From positions 1-52,487 of the forward strand of contig JAZNBK010000044.1 of assembly GCA_045587025.1 (NCBI GenBank): DNA of 52,487 nucleotides, written 5' to 3'. Shown here in pieces: positions 31,483 to 39,919 of the stretch. A model generated the notes under the pieces. The model was not told the origin of the DNA. It was given only the letters and a program-made list of their open reading frames with translations, and made no database searches. The translations under genes and the position numbers were made by a program. The number at the start of each line of letters is the position of its first letter. Within the stretch, counting starts at the first letter, position 1. This DNA comes from Eubacteriales bacterium (GTDB lineage Bacteria; Bacillota; Clostridia; Oscillospirales; CAG-272).

Positions 31483-32961
31483 TTATTGCAACTCGTGAAA
31501 AACAACTCTCAATCGCTCGGTTGGCTTGTCGTAGACAATGCTTTCTATTACCGAGTGGAGAGCTTCGTTCTTTGCCATAGGTGATATGTCTTCTCGTTCG
31601 ATCAGAGCGATAACACCGGCAATTTTCTGCGAAAATGCAACTCTATCTATGTTTGCTACTGCGACGTTCTCCGACATCTGTTCGCGGAGAGCATTAATTC
31701 TATTGAGTATTTCGTTCTTGTTCTTCCCGTACTGCTCGAGCGTGTCGACCTCCGACAAGTATGCTTCTTTTGCACGAGCAAGGCGTCGTTCTTCGGCTGC
31801 GATGAGCTTGGCATAATCGACCGGAGCTTGAGCCGTTTTTGTCGACGTTTTTTTCGGCAATATAGTAAAATCTCCGTTCTGCACGTGCGCTTTCAATGAG
31901 TTCAAGAGAGCAGCTTCTATTCTTGGCAACGTTATCGAGTGAGAAACGTGGCACGATCCTCTTGAATAATTGAAGCATTGCAGGGTGGGGCTTTTGTTTT
32001 TTCCACTCTTGGCACTCGCCATTCCTATGGTGCCGCCGCAGGTGCTGCATCGCAACAGTCCTTTAAGCATATATTCTATATTTTGTTCTCTGCGGGCGTA
32101 CTTCGGGTATGCCTTTTTCTGATAGTCGAGCCGCGCTTGAACCTCGTCCCATATTTCCATAGATATAATTGCCTCGTGCTTTCCCTCGACGGTCAGTATG
32201 TTAGCGTTATCGTAGTCGCGCTTGCTTACGGCTCTTACACCGTCAAGTGACCAGCGTATCTTCCCGACGTAGCAAGGATTCCGTAGCATATACTCTATCC
32301 AGCGATTGTCGGGTACGTTGCCGAACTTCGAACGAATGCCGCGCTTGCCGAGGTCAACGGCTATTTCACGTACTTTTTTGCCTCCGGCGTATGATGCGAA
32401 GATTTCGCGCACAATATCAGCAGCGCCGCTTTCCTCATCTGGATAATAATTTCCGTCTTTCATTATGTATCCGAAAGGCGGAGCGCAGGTCGGCTCTCCT
32501 CTGGTTGCTTTCTCGGTCATTCCTCGTGTTACTTCTTCACCAAGGTTTATCAGATAGAACTCGTCCATCCACTCGATGATGCGCTCGATGAGCGAGCCGA
32601 ACGGTCCTTCAGGTATAGATTGCGATACGGAAATTACTGAAACTCCCTTTTTTAAGAGCAAATTCTTATAGACAAGACTCTCCTCTTGATTTCTCGCAAA
32701 TCTTGAGAATTTCCATACATATATCCTGTCGAATGGACGCGTTTTTTCTTTGGCTATCGCAATCATTCGGTTGAAGTCGTCGCGTTTCTTGACGCTCTTT
32801 CCAGATATACCGTCATCGTAGAACACGTATTCGTCGGGGATATAATATCCGTCTTTAGTCGCATTTTCCCGTATCTTCTTTAATTGAGAGTCGGGCGAAT
32901 ACTCGTCCTGGCGCTCGTCAGAGACACGGATATATGCCGCGCCTATTTTTAATTCCGTCAT
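31483..32961 (-). CDS. Large serine recombinase (integrase)
   Basis: AYIRVS catalytic Ser, DDGISG, SRFARN, PPFGY recombinase domain, CSTCG Zn ribbon, coiled coil. Confidence 0.95.
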   Translation of the reverse strand: MTELKIGAAYIRVSDERQDEYSPDSQLKKIRENATKDGYYIPDEYVFYDDGISGKSVKKRDDFNRMIAIAKEKTRPFDRIYVWKFSRFARNQEESLVYKNLLLKKGVSVISVSQSIPEGPFGSLIERIIEWMDEFYLINLGEEVTRGMTEKATRGEPTCAPPFGYIMKDGNYYPDEESGAADIVREIFASYAGGKKVREIAVDLGKRGIRSKFGNVPDNRWIEYMLRNPCYVGKIRWSLDGVRAVSKRDYDNANILTVEGKHEAIISMEIWDEVQARLDYQKKAYPKYARREQNIEYMLKGLLRCSTCGGTIGMASAKSGKNKSPTLQCFNYSRGSCHVSHSITLPRIEAALLNSLKAHVQNGDFTILPKKTSTKTAQAPVDYAKLIAAEERRLARAKEAYLSEVDTLEQYGKNKNEILNRINALREQMSENVAVANIDRVAFSQKIAGVIALIEREDISPMAKNEALHSVIESIVYDKPTERLRVVFHELQ

Positions 32962-32999
32962 AGGATTTCTCCTTTAGCTAACTACTAAATTTACAGATT

Positions 33000-33121
33000 T
33001 TCAACAAATTTTAGATTATATAAAACATTTTTCGACATTTCCCGTATTATATTTCGTTCCACTTTTCGACAAAATGTGATATAAAATGACAATGGCTAAT
33101 GCCAAATTTACATTTTCAACA
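33000..33121 (-). promoter_or_regulatory. Cluster of Spo0A-box-like sites
   Basis: TGTCGAA (minus strand) at 33031-33037 and 33065-33071; TGTTGAA at 33000-33006 and 33115-33121. Confidence 0.6.
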
Positions 33122-33141
33122 TTTTGAAGGAGGACAAAAAA

Positions 33142-33384
33142 ATGACTAAAAACGAATTAGAATTGATTGAGCTCATTCGCAATAGCGAGGAGCCGGAAAA
33201 GGTGGCGGAGAAAGTCCCTAAAAAAAGCAATAATGAACAATCCCCCTATTTAGAGGAAGTTGTCCAGCTCTTGTCATTGCTTTCGCCAAGTAAGCTGGGC
33301 GAGGCAGTTAATTTTCTGGAGAAGTTAAAAGATAGCGAAGAAAGTCACGAAACTGCTTCTGCTTTTCGAGAGACAAAGAATTAA
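33142..33384 (+). CDS. Small protein, putative antirepressor resembling the repressor C-terminal helices
   Basis: aaggagg RBS; EEVVQLLSLLSPSKLGEAVNFLEKL aligns with repressor tail; overlaps repressor 3' end convergently. Confidence 0.55.
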   Translation: MTKNELELIELIRNSEEPEKVAEKVPKKSNNEQSPYLEEVVQLLSLLSPSKLGEAVNFLEKLKDSEESHETASAFRETKN

Positions 33385-33889
33385 ATGCCTTAATTATATC
33401 TTCGCCCGCTACCGCTTCGGTGGTGGGCCTTTCTTTTTCTATAAGATCGGATTTTTTTATACCAAAATAATTTGCTAACAGTTCCACTTTATCCATTCGT
33501 GGATATTTTGTGCCATTTACCCATGCGGTTACAGTGAAATAACTAATACCAAGAGCTTCGCTGATATCATTTCTGCTCTTACCTCGCAACTCCATATATT
33601 TTCTCAAGTTAGAGGCAAAAATATCCTTTTCTTCTGGACTTTTCATAAAACCGCCGGTGAGGTCGTCCGAACCGCGGGAGATTTCTTTTTCGTCCCAGCC
33701 CATGAGATAGACGGGACTTACATGCAAAACTTGAGCTAATTTTTCAATTTTTTCAGGCGGAATATTTGTAACTATATCATTTTCATATTTATATATTGCT
33801 TGTTTTGTTGTCTCTAATTGTTTCGCTACATATTCAAGGGAGAGGTTTAATCGTTTTCTTTCTTTACAGATCCTTTTTCCAATGCTCAT
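33308..33889 (-). CDS. Phage repressor with two tandem XRE/Cro-C1 HTH domains
   Basis: HTH1 SLEYVAKQLETTKQAIYKYEN..SPVYLMGW; HTH2 SRNDISEALGISYFTVTAWVNG..KSDLIE; RBS gaaaggagg. Confidence 0.88.
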   Translation of the reverse strand: MSIGKRICKERKRLNLSLEYVAKQLETTKQAIYKYENDIVTNIPPEKIEKLAQVLHVSPVYLMGWDEKEISRGSDDLTGGFMKSPEEKDIFASNLRKYMELRGKSRNDISEALGISYFTVTAWVNGTKYPRMDKVELLANYFGIKKSDLIEKERPTTEAVAGEDIIKAFNSLSLEKQKQFRDFLRYLLTSPEN

Positions 33890-33910
33890 CAACCTTCCTC
33901 CTTTCAATTT

Positions 33911-33939
33911 ATTATACACTACAGTTTTTTAGTTGTCAA
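33911..33939 (-). promoter_or_regulatory. Leftward (repressor) sigma-A promoter
   Basis: TTGACA-17-TATAAT on minus strand. Confidence 0.8.
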
Positions 33940-33962
33940 GTATTACAAAAAAAATTTCAAAA

Positions 33963-34016
33963 ATGACTTGACAAGTTACATTTCTTGTGCTATAATGTAG
34001 TAAACTAACAAGTTAC
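33963..34016 (+). promoter_or_regulatory. Rightward early promoter with two overlapping 17-bp operators
   Basis: TTGACA(33968)-17-TGcTATAAT(33991); ATGACTTgacAAGTTAC 33963-33979 and GTAAACTaacAAGTTAC 34000-34016. Confidence 0.8.
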
Positions 34017-34038
34017 AAAGATGAAAGGAGAGTTATTT

Positions 34039-34236
34039 ATGCTTGACAGAAACGCTTTAAGAGGAGAAATCGCACGAAATGGACTTACTCAAAAAGATGT
34101 AGCAAAAATGTTAAATATCAGCGAAAAAACATTCATATCACGAATGAAAAGAGGAATATTTGGCACGGATGAGGTAGAGATATTGGTCGATAATTTAAAA
34201 ATAAAAAAGCCAATGGATATTTTTTTTAAAAAATAA
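34039..34236 (+). CDS. Cro-like HTH regulator
   Basis: LRGEIARNGLTQKDVAKMLNISEKTF..DIFF; divergent from repressor. Confidence 0.88.
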   Translation: MLDRNALRGEIARNGLTQKDVAKMLNISEKTFISRMKRGIFGTDEVEILVDNLKIKKPMDIFFKK

Positions 34237-34253
34237 GTAACTTTGGAAGTCAC
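34237..34253. promoter_or_regulatory. Third operator-like palindrome downstream of cro
   Basis: GTAACTTtggAAGTCAC, same consensus as the promoter operators. Confidence 0.65.
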
Positions 34254-34267
34254 AGAAGGGGGCGGAA

Positions 34268-34705
34268 ATGAACGAAAAAGAATACGAAACTTTTGCAAAC
34301 AAGGCAAGACTTGGGATGTTTGAAGAGCTGAAGACGTTTTACGATTACAAGAGGGCACAAGACGAAAAAAACTCCTCACGCATAGAAGGGTGGGGAGTGA
34401 CAGACACGATGTTTGAAGTTGTGTTTGAGATACTGAACGCAAAGATAGACGGGCGAGAAGTAAAAATGCTGCCTATTAACGATCTGCACATCGCACAGCA
34501 AGCGTGCTCAATGCTGCTGAATTTCTCGTATGCTTGCGACTTGATAAGTCGGGGGTTTGTGACGTTTGGCAGGTGTGACAATCGAGAAAGACGGTGGTAT
34601 GAGCACCCGCTCGAGGAGATGATAGAACTGATTGAGGAAGAAATTCACCGATTTGCATCACTTAATCGGGAAGCTCGTCAAAAACTCCAGCAAAAGGAAT
34701 ACTAA
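34268..34705 (+). CDS. Hypothetical phage protein
   Basis: 145-aa ORF with RBS in early operon; no motif recognised. Confidence 0.65.
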   Translation: MNEKEYETFANKARLGMFEELKTFYDYKRAQDEKNSSRIEGWGVTDTMFEVVFEILNAKIDGREVKMLPINDLHIAQQACSMLLNFSYACDLISRGFVTFGRCDNRERRWYEHPLEEMIELIEEEIHRFASLNREARQKLQQKEY

Positions 34706-34735
34706 AAATGAAATACCCAAGAAAGTTGAGGAGCT

Positions 34736-35854
34736 ATGAAAAATCGAGCGTATAAATTTCGGATATACCCCAATCGAGAACAAGAAAACTTAATACAGCG
34801 CACGTTTGGCTGTAGCCGTTTCGTGTATAATCACTATCTTGCTTACCGTAAGGAACTTTATGAGACAAAGGGCGAGAGTGCTAATTTTTATGCGTGTTGT
34901 AAAGATTTAACTAAATTAAAGAGCGAGTTGACTTGGTTAAAAGAGGTAGAAAACCGTGCATTACAAACGTCTCTCAAAGACCTTGACAATGCATATCGGA
35001 ACTTTTTCCGCAGAGTCAAGCAAGGGGCTGATAAAGTAGGATATCCGAAATTTCAGAGCAAGCACGATAAAAACAAATCATATAGAACTAACTTTGCGAA
35101 TGGTAATATCAAAGTATTATCTAATTCGGTTAAGCTTCCCAAGCTCGGACTCGTTAAGTGCTGTGTTTCAAGGGAAATACAAGGACGGATACTTTCTGTT
35201 ACTGTCAGTCAGAGCACATCGGGAAAATACTTCGTGTCTATATGTTGTACCGATGTCGAAATAGAGCCATTGCCAAAAACCAACAAGAGCGTAGGCATTG
35301 ACTTAGGTATTCACGAGCTTGCAATCACATCAGACGGAACTAAATATCCCAATCCTAAACACTATAGCAAATCGCAGAAGACGCTCGCACGGCTTCAGCG
35401 TCAGCTCTCCCGAAAAACAAAGGGGAGTAATAACCGCGAGAAAGCCCGTATCAAAGTAGCGAGACTTCAAGAGCATATCGCCAATCAAAGAAACGATATG
35501 ATGCATAAAATGACTATAGACTTAATCCGCAACTATGACGTAATCTGTATAGAGGATTTAACACCCTCGAATATGGTAAAAAATCACAAGTTAGCAAAGG
35601 TTATCTCCGACGCTTCTTTTGCGGAGATACGCCGACAGCTCGAATACAAAGCGGAGTGGTACGGAAGAAAGATTTCTGTTATAGACCGCTTCTATCCGTC
35701 GAGTCAGTTGTGTTCGTGTTGTGGTTATAAAAACACTGAAACAAAAAACTTGAACATAAGAGAATGGACTTGCCCGATATGCGAGCAAGCCCACGATAGA
35801 GATATAAATGCCTCAATCAATATTTTAAATGAGGGATTAAAAGTTTTAGCTTAA
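34736..35854 (+). CDS. tnpB: IS200/IS605-family RNA-guided endonuclease TnpB
   Basis: [17 protein letters not shown]; RuvC GIDLG, IEDL, DRDINA; Zn finger CSCCG..CPIC. Confidence 0.95.
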   Translation: MKNRAYKFRIYPNREQENLIQRTFGCSRFVYNHYLAYRKELYETKGESANFYACCKDLTKLKSELTWLKEVENRALQTSLKDLDNAYRNFFRRVKQGADKVGYPKFQSKHDKNKSYRTNFANGNIKVLSNSVKLPKLGLVKCCVSREIQGRILSVTVSQSTSGKYFVSICCTDVEIEPLPKTNKSVGIDLGIHELAITSDGTKYPNPKHYSKSQKTLARLQRQLSRKTKGSNNREKARIKVARLQEHIANQRNDMMHKMTIDLIRNYDVICIEDLTPSNMVKNHKLAKVISDASFAEIRRQLEYKAEWYGRKISVIDRFYPSSQLCSCCGYKNTETKNLNIREWTCPICEQAHDRDINASINILNEGLKVLA

Positions 35855-35861
35855 ATTCAAT

Positions 35862-35947
35862 TATGGTAGGGCGAGGTACGCCCGAACCTAACGCTTGGGG
35901 AGACTATGTAAGACCTATTTCATAGGCAAAGGTCGCTGAGCCAAGAA
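35862..35947 (+). ncRNA. TnpB omega-RNA scaffold (3' right-end hairpin not recognisable)
   Basis: Stems gggcg/cgccc, tagg/ccta, cttgg/ccaag, cctat/atagg and gtaagac motif directly after tnpB. Confidence 0.7.
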
Positions 35948-36007
35948 GATTTATTTAATCGTACCGCAATCAAGCAACATAATCTATTAAGGAAAGGACG
36001 GTATTTT

Positions 36008-36205
36008 ATGGGAAGAAAGTGCAAACCGATAACGGTAGAATTCTACATAGGCGACAAGCAGATTACGGAGATAACTCCGGAGCAATGGAAAGTGATGTCG
36101 GCGCGACTGACGGAGAGTATGAGCCGTTACTATTCTGACCACCCTGATGAGTGGGAAAAGATAAAGGATACGTTACCCGATGCGCCAGCGGAATGTGGCG
36201 CATAA
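36008..36205 (+). CDS. Small hypothetical protein (candidate recombination directionality factor)
   Basis: 65 aa, aaggaaagga RBS, preceded by CATAATCT sporulation-type -10; function is inference. Confidence 0.6.
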   Translation: MGRKCKPITVEFYIGDKQITEITPEQWKVMSARLTESMSRYYSDHPDEWEKIKDTLPDAPAECGA

Positions 36206-36242
36206 ATAAAGGAAGAACAAAAAACAAAGGAGATAAAAAATA

Positions 36243-36470
36243 ATGTCAAAACCGGCAAAGGAATTTTCACACAACAACACAATTCTCAGTCCCTGCAAGG
36301 AGTGCAAGGACAGGCGAGCAGGGTGTCACTCTGAGTGCGAGAAGTACAAGGAGTACAAGCAGACGTTATATGAGTTTCATAAGGGACTGTACAAGAGGCA
36401 CAACGCAGAGCAAGAAGCTACAGCGCACGAGGTCGATAGCAAATTAAGGACAATAAAGAGGAATAAGTAA
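36243..36470 (+). CDS. Cys-rich hypothetical phage protein
   Basis: PCKECKDRRAGCHSECEKY; aggag RBS. Confidence 0.7.
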   Translation: MSKPAKEFSHNNTILSPCKECKDRRAGCHSECEKYKEYKQTLYEFHKGLYKRHNAEQEATAHEVDSKLRTIKRNK

Positions 36471-36607
36471 TGATTAAGAAATTTTTGAAAGCTTTATCTA
36501 ACATTTTTACACTCCTAATTGGCGCAAAAAGCGAAATAACCGACAAGGCGGTTGATGATGGAATTTGCGATTTCAGCGGACAAGGAAGGGATAAAAAAGG
36601 AAAGTGA
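36470..36607 (+). CDS. 45-aa hypothetical phage protein (not in ORF track)
   Basis: MIKKFLKALSNIFTLLIGAKSEITDKAVDDGICDFSGQGRDKKGK*, coupled via TAATG overlap. Confidence 0.6.
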   Translation: MIKKFLKALSNIFTLLIGAKSEITDKAVDDGICDFSGQGRDKKGK

Positions 36608-36618
36608 GGTATAAATAA

Positions 36619-37053
36619 ATGGCATATCGTTGTTTAGATTGTGGACATATATTTGAAGAAGGAGAGCAGGTAGAGTGGATAGAGATGCACGGCTTCACAG
36701 GAGGCGGTGGCGAACACTTTAGTGGTTGTCCTCTTTGTCGTGGCGAATACGAAGAAACTGTACGCTGCGCTAAATGCGGCGCGGAACACCTTAAGGACGA
36801 GCTTAACGGCGGCGTCTGCGATGAGTGTATAGACGAGTGCAGAAAAGACTATAAGACCTGTTTTTACATATCGTTAGGTGATAGAGAAGAGGTCAAGCTG
36901 AGTTCCTTTCTTCTTACCTTGTTCGACGCGAAGGATATCGAGCAGGTGCTTCTTGAGCACATTAAAAGGAATTGCCCCGATATAGATTGCTCTGAATATA
37001 TCGACAATGACATCTGCGACTTCGGTGAGAAGCTCGCTAAGGAGAGCGCATGA
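36619..37053 (+). CDS. Zn-finger hypothetical phage protein
   Basis: CLDC, CPLC, CAKC, CDEC pairs. Confidence 0.7.
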   Translation: MAYRCLDCGHIFEEGEQVEWIEMHGFTGGGGEHFSGCPLCRGEYEETVRCAKCGAEHLKDELNGGVCDECIDECRKDYKTCFYISLGDREEVKLSSFLLTLFDAKDIEQVLLEHIKRNCPDIDCSEYIDNDICDFGEKLAKESA

Positions 37054-37853
37054 GAAAGGTTAAGGACACCGCCACAGAGTATCACGAAAGCGGAGCGATA
37101 AATCGTTCCTCGCTCTTTATGATGAGTAAAAGCCCCGCACATTTCAAATATTCTATGGAAAACAGAGAAGAAACTGATGCTTTACGTTTTGGCAGAATGT
37201 TTCACACCTTCGTATTAGAGCCGGAAGAATTCGAAAAGCAGTACCTTCTCATAGAACGGATAGATAGAAGGACGAAAGAGGGCAAGATTCTTCTCGAGCA
37301 GGCGGCAGAAATCGGGAAGCAGATTATAACTGCCGAAGAATATGACGTTATAAACAAAATGAAGGAAAGTATCTTCAGTAATAAATACGCCTCGGCTCTC
37401 TTGCGAGGAGAAAAAGAAATTTCGTACTATTGGCAGGACGAGATGACGGGTATCGAGTGTAAGTGCCGTCCTGACTGCATCACTCCGATAGGCGAGCTTA
37501 ATATCATTGTAGACCTAAAGTCTTGCGACAATGCCTCTACGGAGGAATTTATGAAGGCAGCTCTCCGATACGGATATGACTTGCAGTCGGCACAGTATAA
37601 GACGGGCGTCGAGCTCGTAGAGCAGAAGCCGCACAAATTCGTTTTTATAGCGGTAGAGAAAAAACCTCCCTATGCTTTGAATATCCTCGAAGCAGACGAA
37701 ATATTTATCCGAAAGGGCTACGACGATTTCAGGATCTATTTAGGTATGCTGAAGTATTGTCGTGAGACGGATAATTGGTACAGTTACACGGGCGAAACGG
37801 GAAGACCTAACGTGCTTAATCTCCCCGCTTGGCTTATTAAAGAATATGAATAA
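37050..37853 (+). CDS. RecE/exonuclease VIII-like PD-(D/E)xK nuclease (DUF3799-like)
   Basis: SPAHF, CKCRPD, IVDLKS, YGYDLQSAQY, FIAVEK. Confidence 0.85.
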   Translation: MRKVKDTATEYHESGAINRSSLFMMSKSPAHFKYSMENREETDALRFGRMFHTFVLEPEEFEKQYLLIERIDRRTKEGKILLEQAAEIGKQIITAEEYDVINKMKESIFSNKYASALLRGEKEISYYWQDEMTGIECKCRPDCITPIGELNIIVDLKSCDNASTEEFMKAALRYGYDLQSAQYKTGVELVEQKPHKFVFIAVEKKPPYALNILEADEIFIRKGYDDFRIYLGMLKYCRETDNWYSYTGETGRPNVLNLPAWLIKEYE

Positions 37854-37873
37854 AAGTTTGAAAGGGAAAACTT

Positions 37874-38530
37874 ATGCAAAACGCAGAAGCAAAAAAAGAA
37901 ACTACCGAATTAGCTGAAATTCAGCAGACAAAATCCTTAACTAATGTTTGGGAAAATAAAGATGCATTCAATCAAATGTTAAGAGCTTCGCAAATGTTGA
38001 GTCAGACAAGCATTATACCTCAGAACTATCAAGGAAAACCTCAAGACTGCTTTGTGGCTATTGAGATGGCAAATAGAATGGGCATATCGCCTATGGTGGT
38101 TATGCAAAATATGTATGTCGTAAAAGGCAAACCTTCTTGGGCAGGACAAGCGTGCACTATGCTGATAAACAGTTGTGGTAAATTTCGTGACGTGAAGCAC
38201 ATTTATACAGGCCAGAAGGGAACTGATAAAAGAGGTTGCTATGTTGAGGCTACCCGAATTTATGATAACGAAATAATTCAAGGTGTAGAAGTTACAATGG
38301 ATATGGCAAAATCAGAAGGTTGGACTTCTAACCCGAAATGGCGAAATATGCCTGAACTGATGTTGGCGTATCGAGCGAGCGCGTTTTTTGCAAGGGTACA
38401 TTGCCCAGAGGCATTGATGGGCGTTCATACCGAAGACGAAATATATGATGCCTACGAAAGGCCTCAAAGAACCTCTATCGAAATAGCAGAAGAGATTGAT
38501 AAGATGGAGGACACTGTAAATGATAAATAA
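37874..38530 (+). CDS. RecT-like single-strand annealing protein
   Basis: IPQNYQGKP..VMQNMYVVKGKPSW..W..MPELMLAYRA; between exonuclease and ssb. Confidence 0.75.
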   Translation: MQNAEAKKETTELAEIQQTKSLTNVWENKDAFNQMLRASQMLSQTSIIPQNYQGKPQDCFVAIEMANRMGISPMVVMQNMYVVKGKPSWAGQACTMLINSCGKFRDVKHIYTGQKGTDKRGCYVEATRIYDNEIIQGVEVTMDMAKSEGWTSNPKWRNMPELMLAYRASAFFARVHCPEALMGVHTEDEIYDAYERPQRTSIEIAEEIDKMEDTVNDK

Positions 38531-38909
38531 GATTGTTTTTCAGGGCAGACTCACCACAGACCCCGTACTTAAAAAGACCGCATCTGAACTCAGAGTTTGC
38601 TCCTTTACGGTAGCTTGGAGCGAAAAGCGTAACGAGATAGAGACAAAGTGCTTTTTGCGCTGCACCGCATGGAGAGGTACGGCAGAATTCATTTCTAAGT
38701 ATTTCAGAAAAGGACAGGAAATTCTCGTATCGGGCAAGCTCACAACGAGCAACTGGACCGATAATGAGGGCAACAGTAAGACCGCGCTCGAGATGACCGT
38801 CGAGGAAGCGCATTTCTGCGGTAGCAAGGCGGCGAACGAGCAGAGAGCAGATACGGAAGCACTGGAGGAGATTACCCCTTCCGATGAGGACGACGGGCTG
38901 CCCTTTTAA
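38520..38909 (+). CDS. ssb: Single-stranded DNA-binding protein
   Basis: NKIVFQGRLTTDP, AEFISKYFRKG, acidic DDGLPF tail. Confidence 0.93.
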   Translation: MINKIVFQGRLTTDPVLKKTASELRVCSFTVAWSEKRNEIETKCFLRCTAWRGTAEFISKYFRKGQEILVSGKLTTSNWTDNEGNSKTALEMTVEEAHFCGSKAANEQRADTEALEEITPSDEDDGLPF

Positions 38910-38919
38910 GAGGTGAACG

Positions 38920-39378
38920 ATGATTATCTATTGCGATACGCGGCAGAAAAACGGAAAGCATACCGTAAAGCATAATCAGATGCGCTCGTTAGGATACGAG
39001 CTTCGCTCAAAGGTTCTTGACGTGGGCGACTATATGATAGAGGGGGACAACTCTATATCGGTCGACACTAAGCAGGATCTCACCGAGGTTTATAGCAATA
39101 TATTCAACGATAAGAGCCGCTTTATGAAGGAGGTCCGCAGAGCTTATTATAGCAAGGTGAAGCTGTACGTCCTCATAGAGCACGGCGGACCGATAAAGAA
39201 GCTCGAGGACGTGTGCGCTTGGCGTCCAAAGTACGGATACCATTCGGGGCGCGAGGCAATGGAAAGAATGATGAAAATTCATATGTCTTACGGCGCCGAA
39301 TTTCTCTTCTGCGACAAGCGCGTAACGGGAAAACGGATAATAGAAATACTGACGAAGGGTGAAGGTTATGTACGATAA
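38920..39378 (+). CDS. ERCC4-domain nuclease
   Basis: DTRQK, LDVGDY, VDTKQDL, VLIEHG. Confidence 0.75.
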   Translation: MIIYCDTRQKNGKHTVKHNQMRSLGYELRSKVLDVGDYMIEGDNSISVDTKQDLTEVYSNIFNDKSRFMKEVRRAYYSKVKLYVLIEHGGPIKKLEDVCAWRPKYGYHSGREAMERMMKIHMSYGAEFLFCDKRVTGKRIIEILTKGEGYVR

Positions 39379-39919
39379 TAAGGCAGAAAAGATAAAGGAT
39401 AGAATTAATATGCAAGACGTCCTTCTGAAGTACGGCTTCGAGCCAAAACGCAGAATGAAGTGTCCTCTACATAACGGAAACGATTATAATTTTGAGGTAA
39501 AAACCAATACCTTCACATGCTATTCCCGATGCGGAGGCGGTGACGTCATTACCTTCGTGCAGAAATTGTTTTCGCTCTCGTTCTCGGAAGCGCTGACGCG
39601 TATAGACGAGGATTTTGGGCTTGGGTTATACAAGAGGCAGGGAGAACGCGAAAAGCTCTCTGCGGCAAAGAGAAACTACGAGGAGAGCAGGAAGCGTCGC
39701 GAAAGACAAAAAGAAACCGAGCGTGTGAATAATAAGTATCACGCCGCCCTTGACGAATACGCCCGTCTGGACCGTCAGATGATAGATTTCCGACCAGAGA
39801 GTCCGGACGAGCTACCGAGAAGGGAATTTATAGAAGCATTAAAGAATATCGAAACCGCGGGCTATATGCTCGGCTTGGCGGAAGAGGAGGTTTATTTAAA
39901 TGAGCAACGTGCAAATTGA
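39368..39919 (+). CDS. CHC2 zinc-finger protein (primase Zn-binding domain only)
   Basis: CPLH..FTCYSRCGGGDVITFV; no TOPRIM domain. Confidence 0.8.
   Translation: MYDNKAEKIKDRINMQDVLLKYGFEPKRRMKCPLHNGNDYNFEVKTNTFTCYSRCGGGDVITFVQKLFSLSFSEALTRIDEDFGLGLYKRQGEREKLSAAKRNYEESRKRRERQKETERVNNKYHAALDEYARLDRQMIDFRPESPDELPRREFIEALKNIETAGYMLGLAEEEVYLNEQRAN

Noticed and set aside
32962-33141. LexA/SOS box controlling induction
   Set aside because: No GAAC-N4-GTTC; only partial half-sites
34736-35854. Nuclease-dead TnpB (TldR-type regulator)
   Set aside because: All three RuvC acidic residues are present
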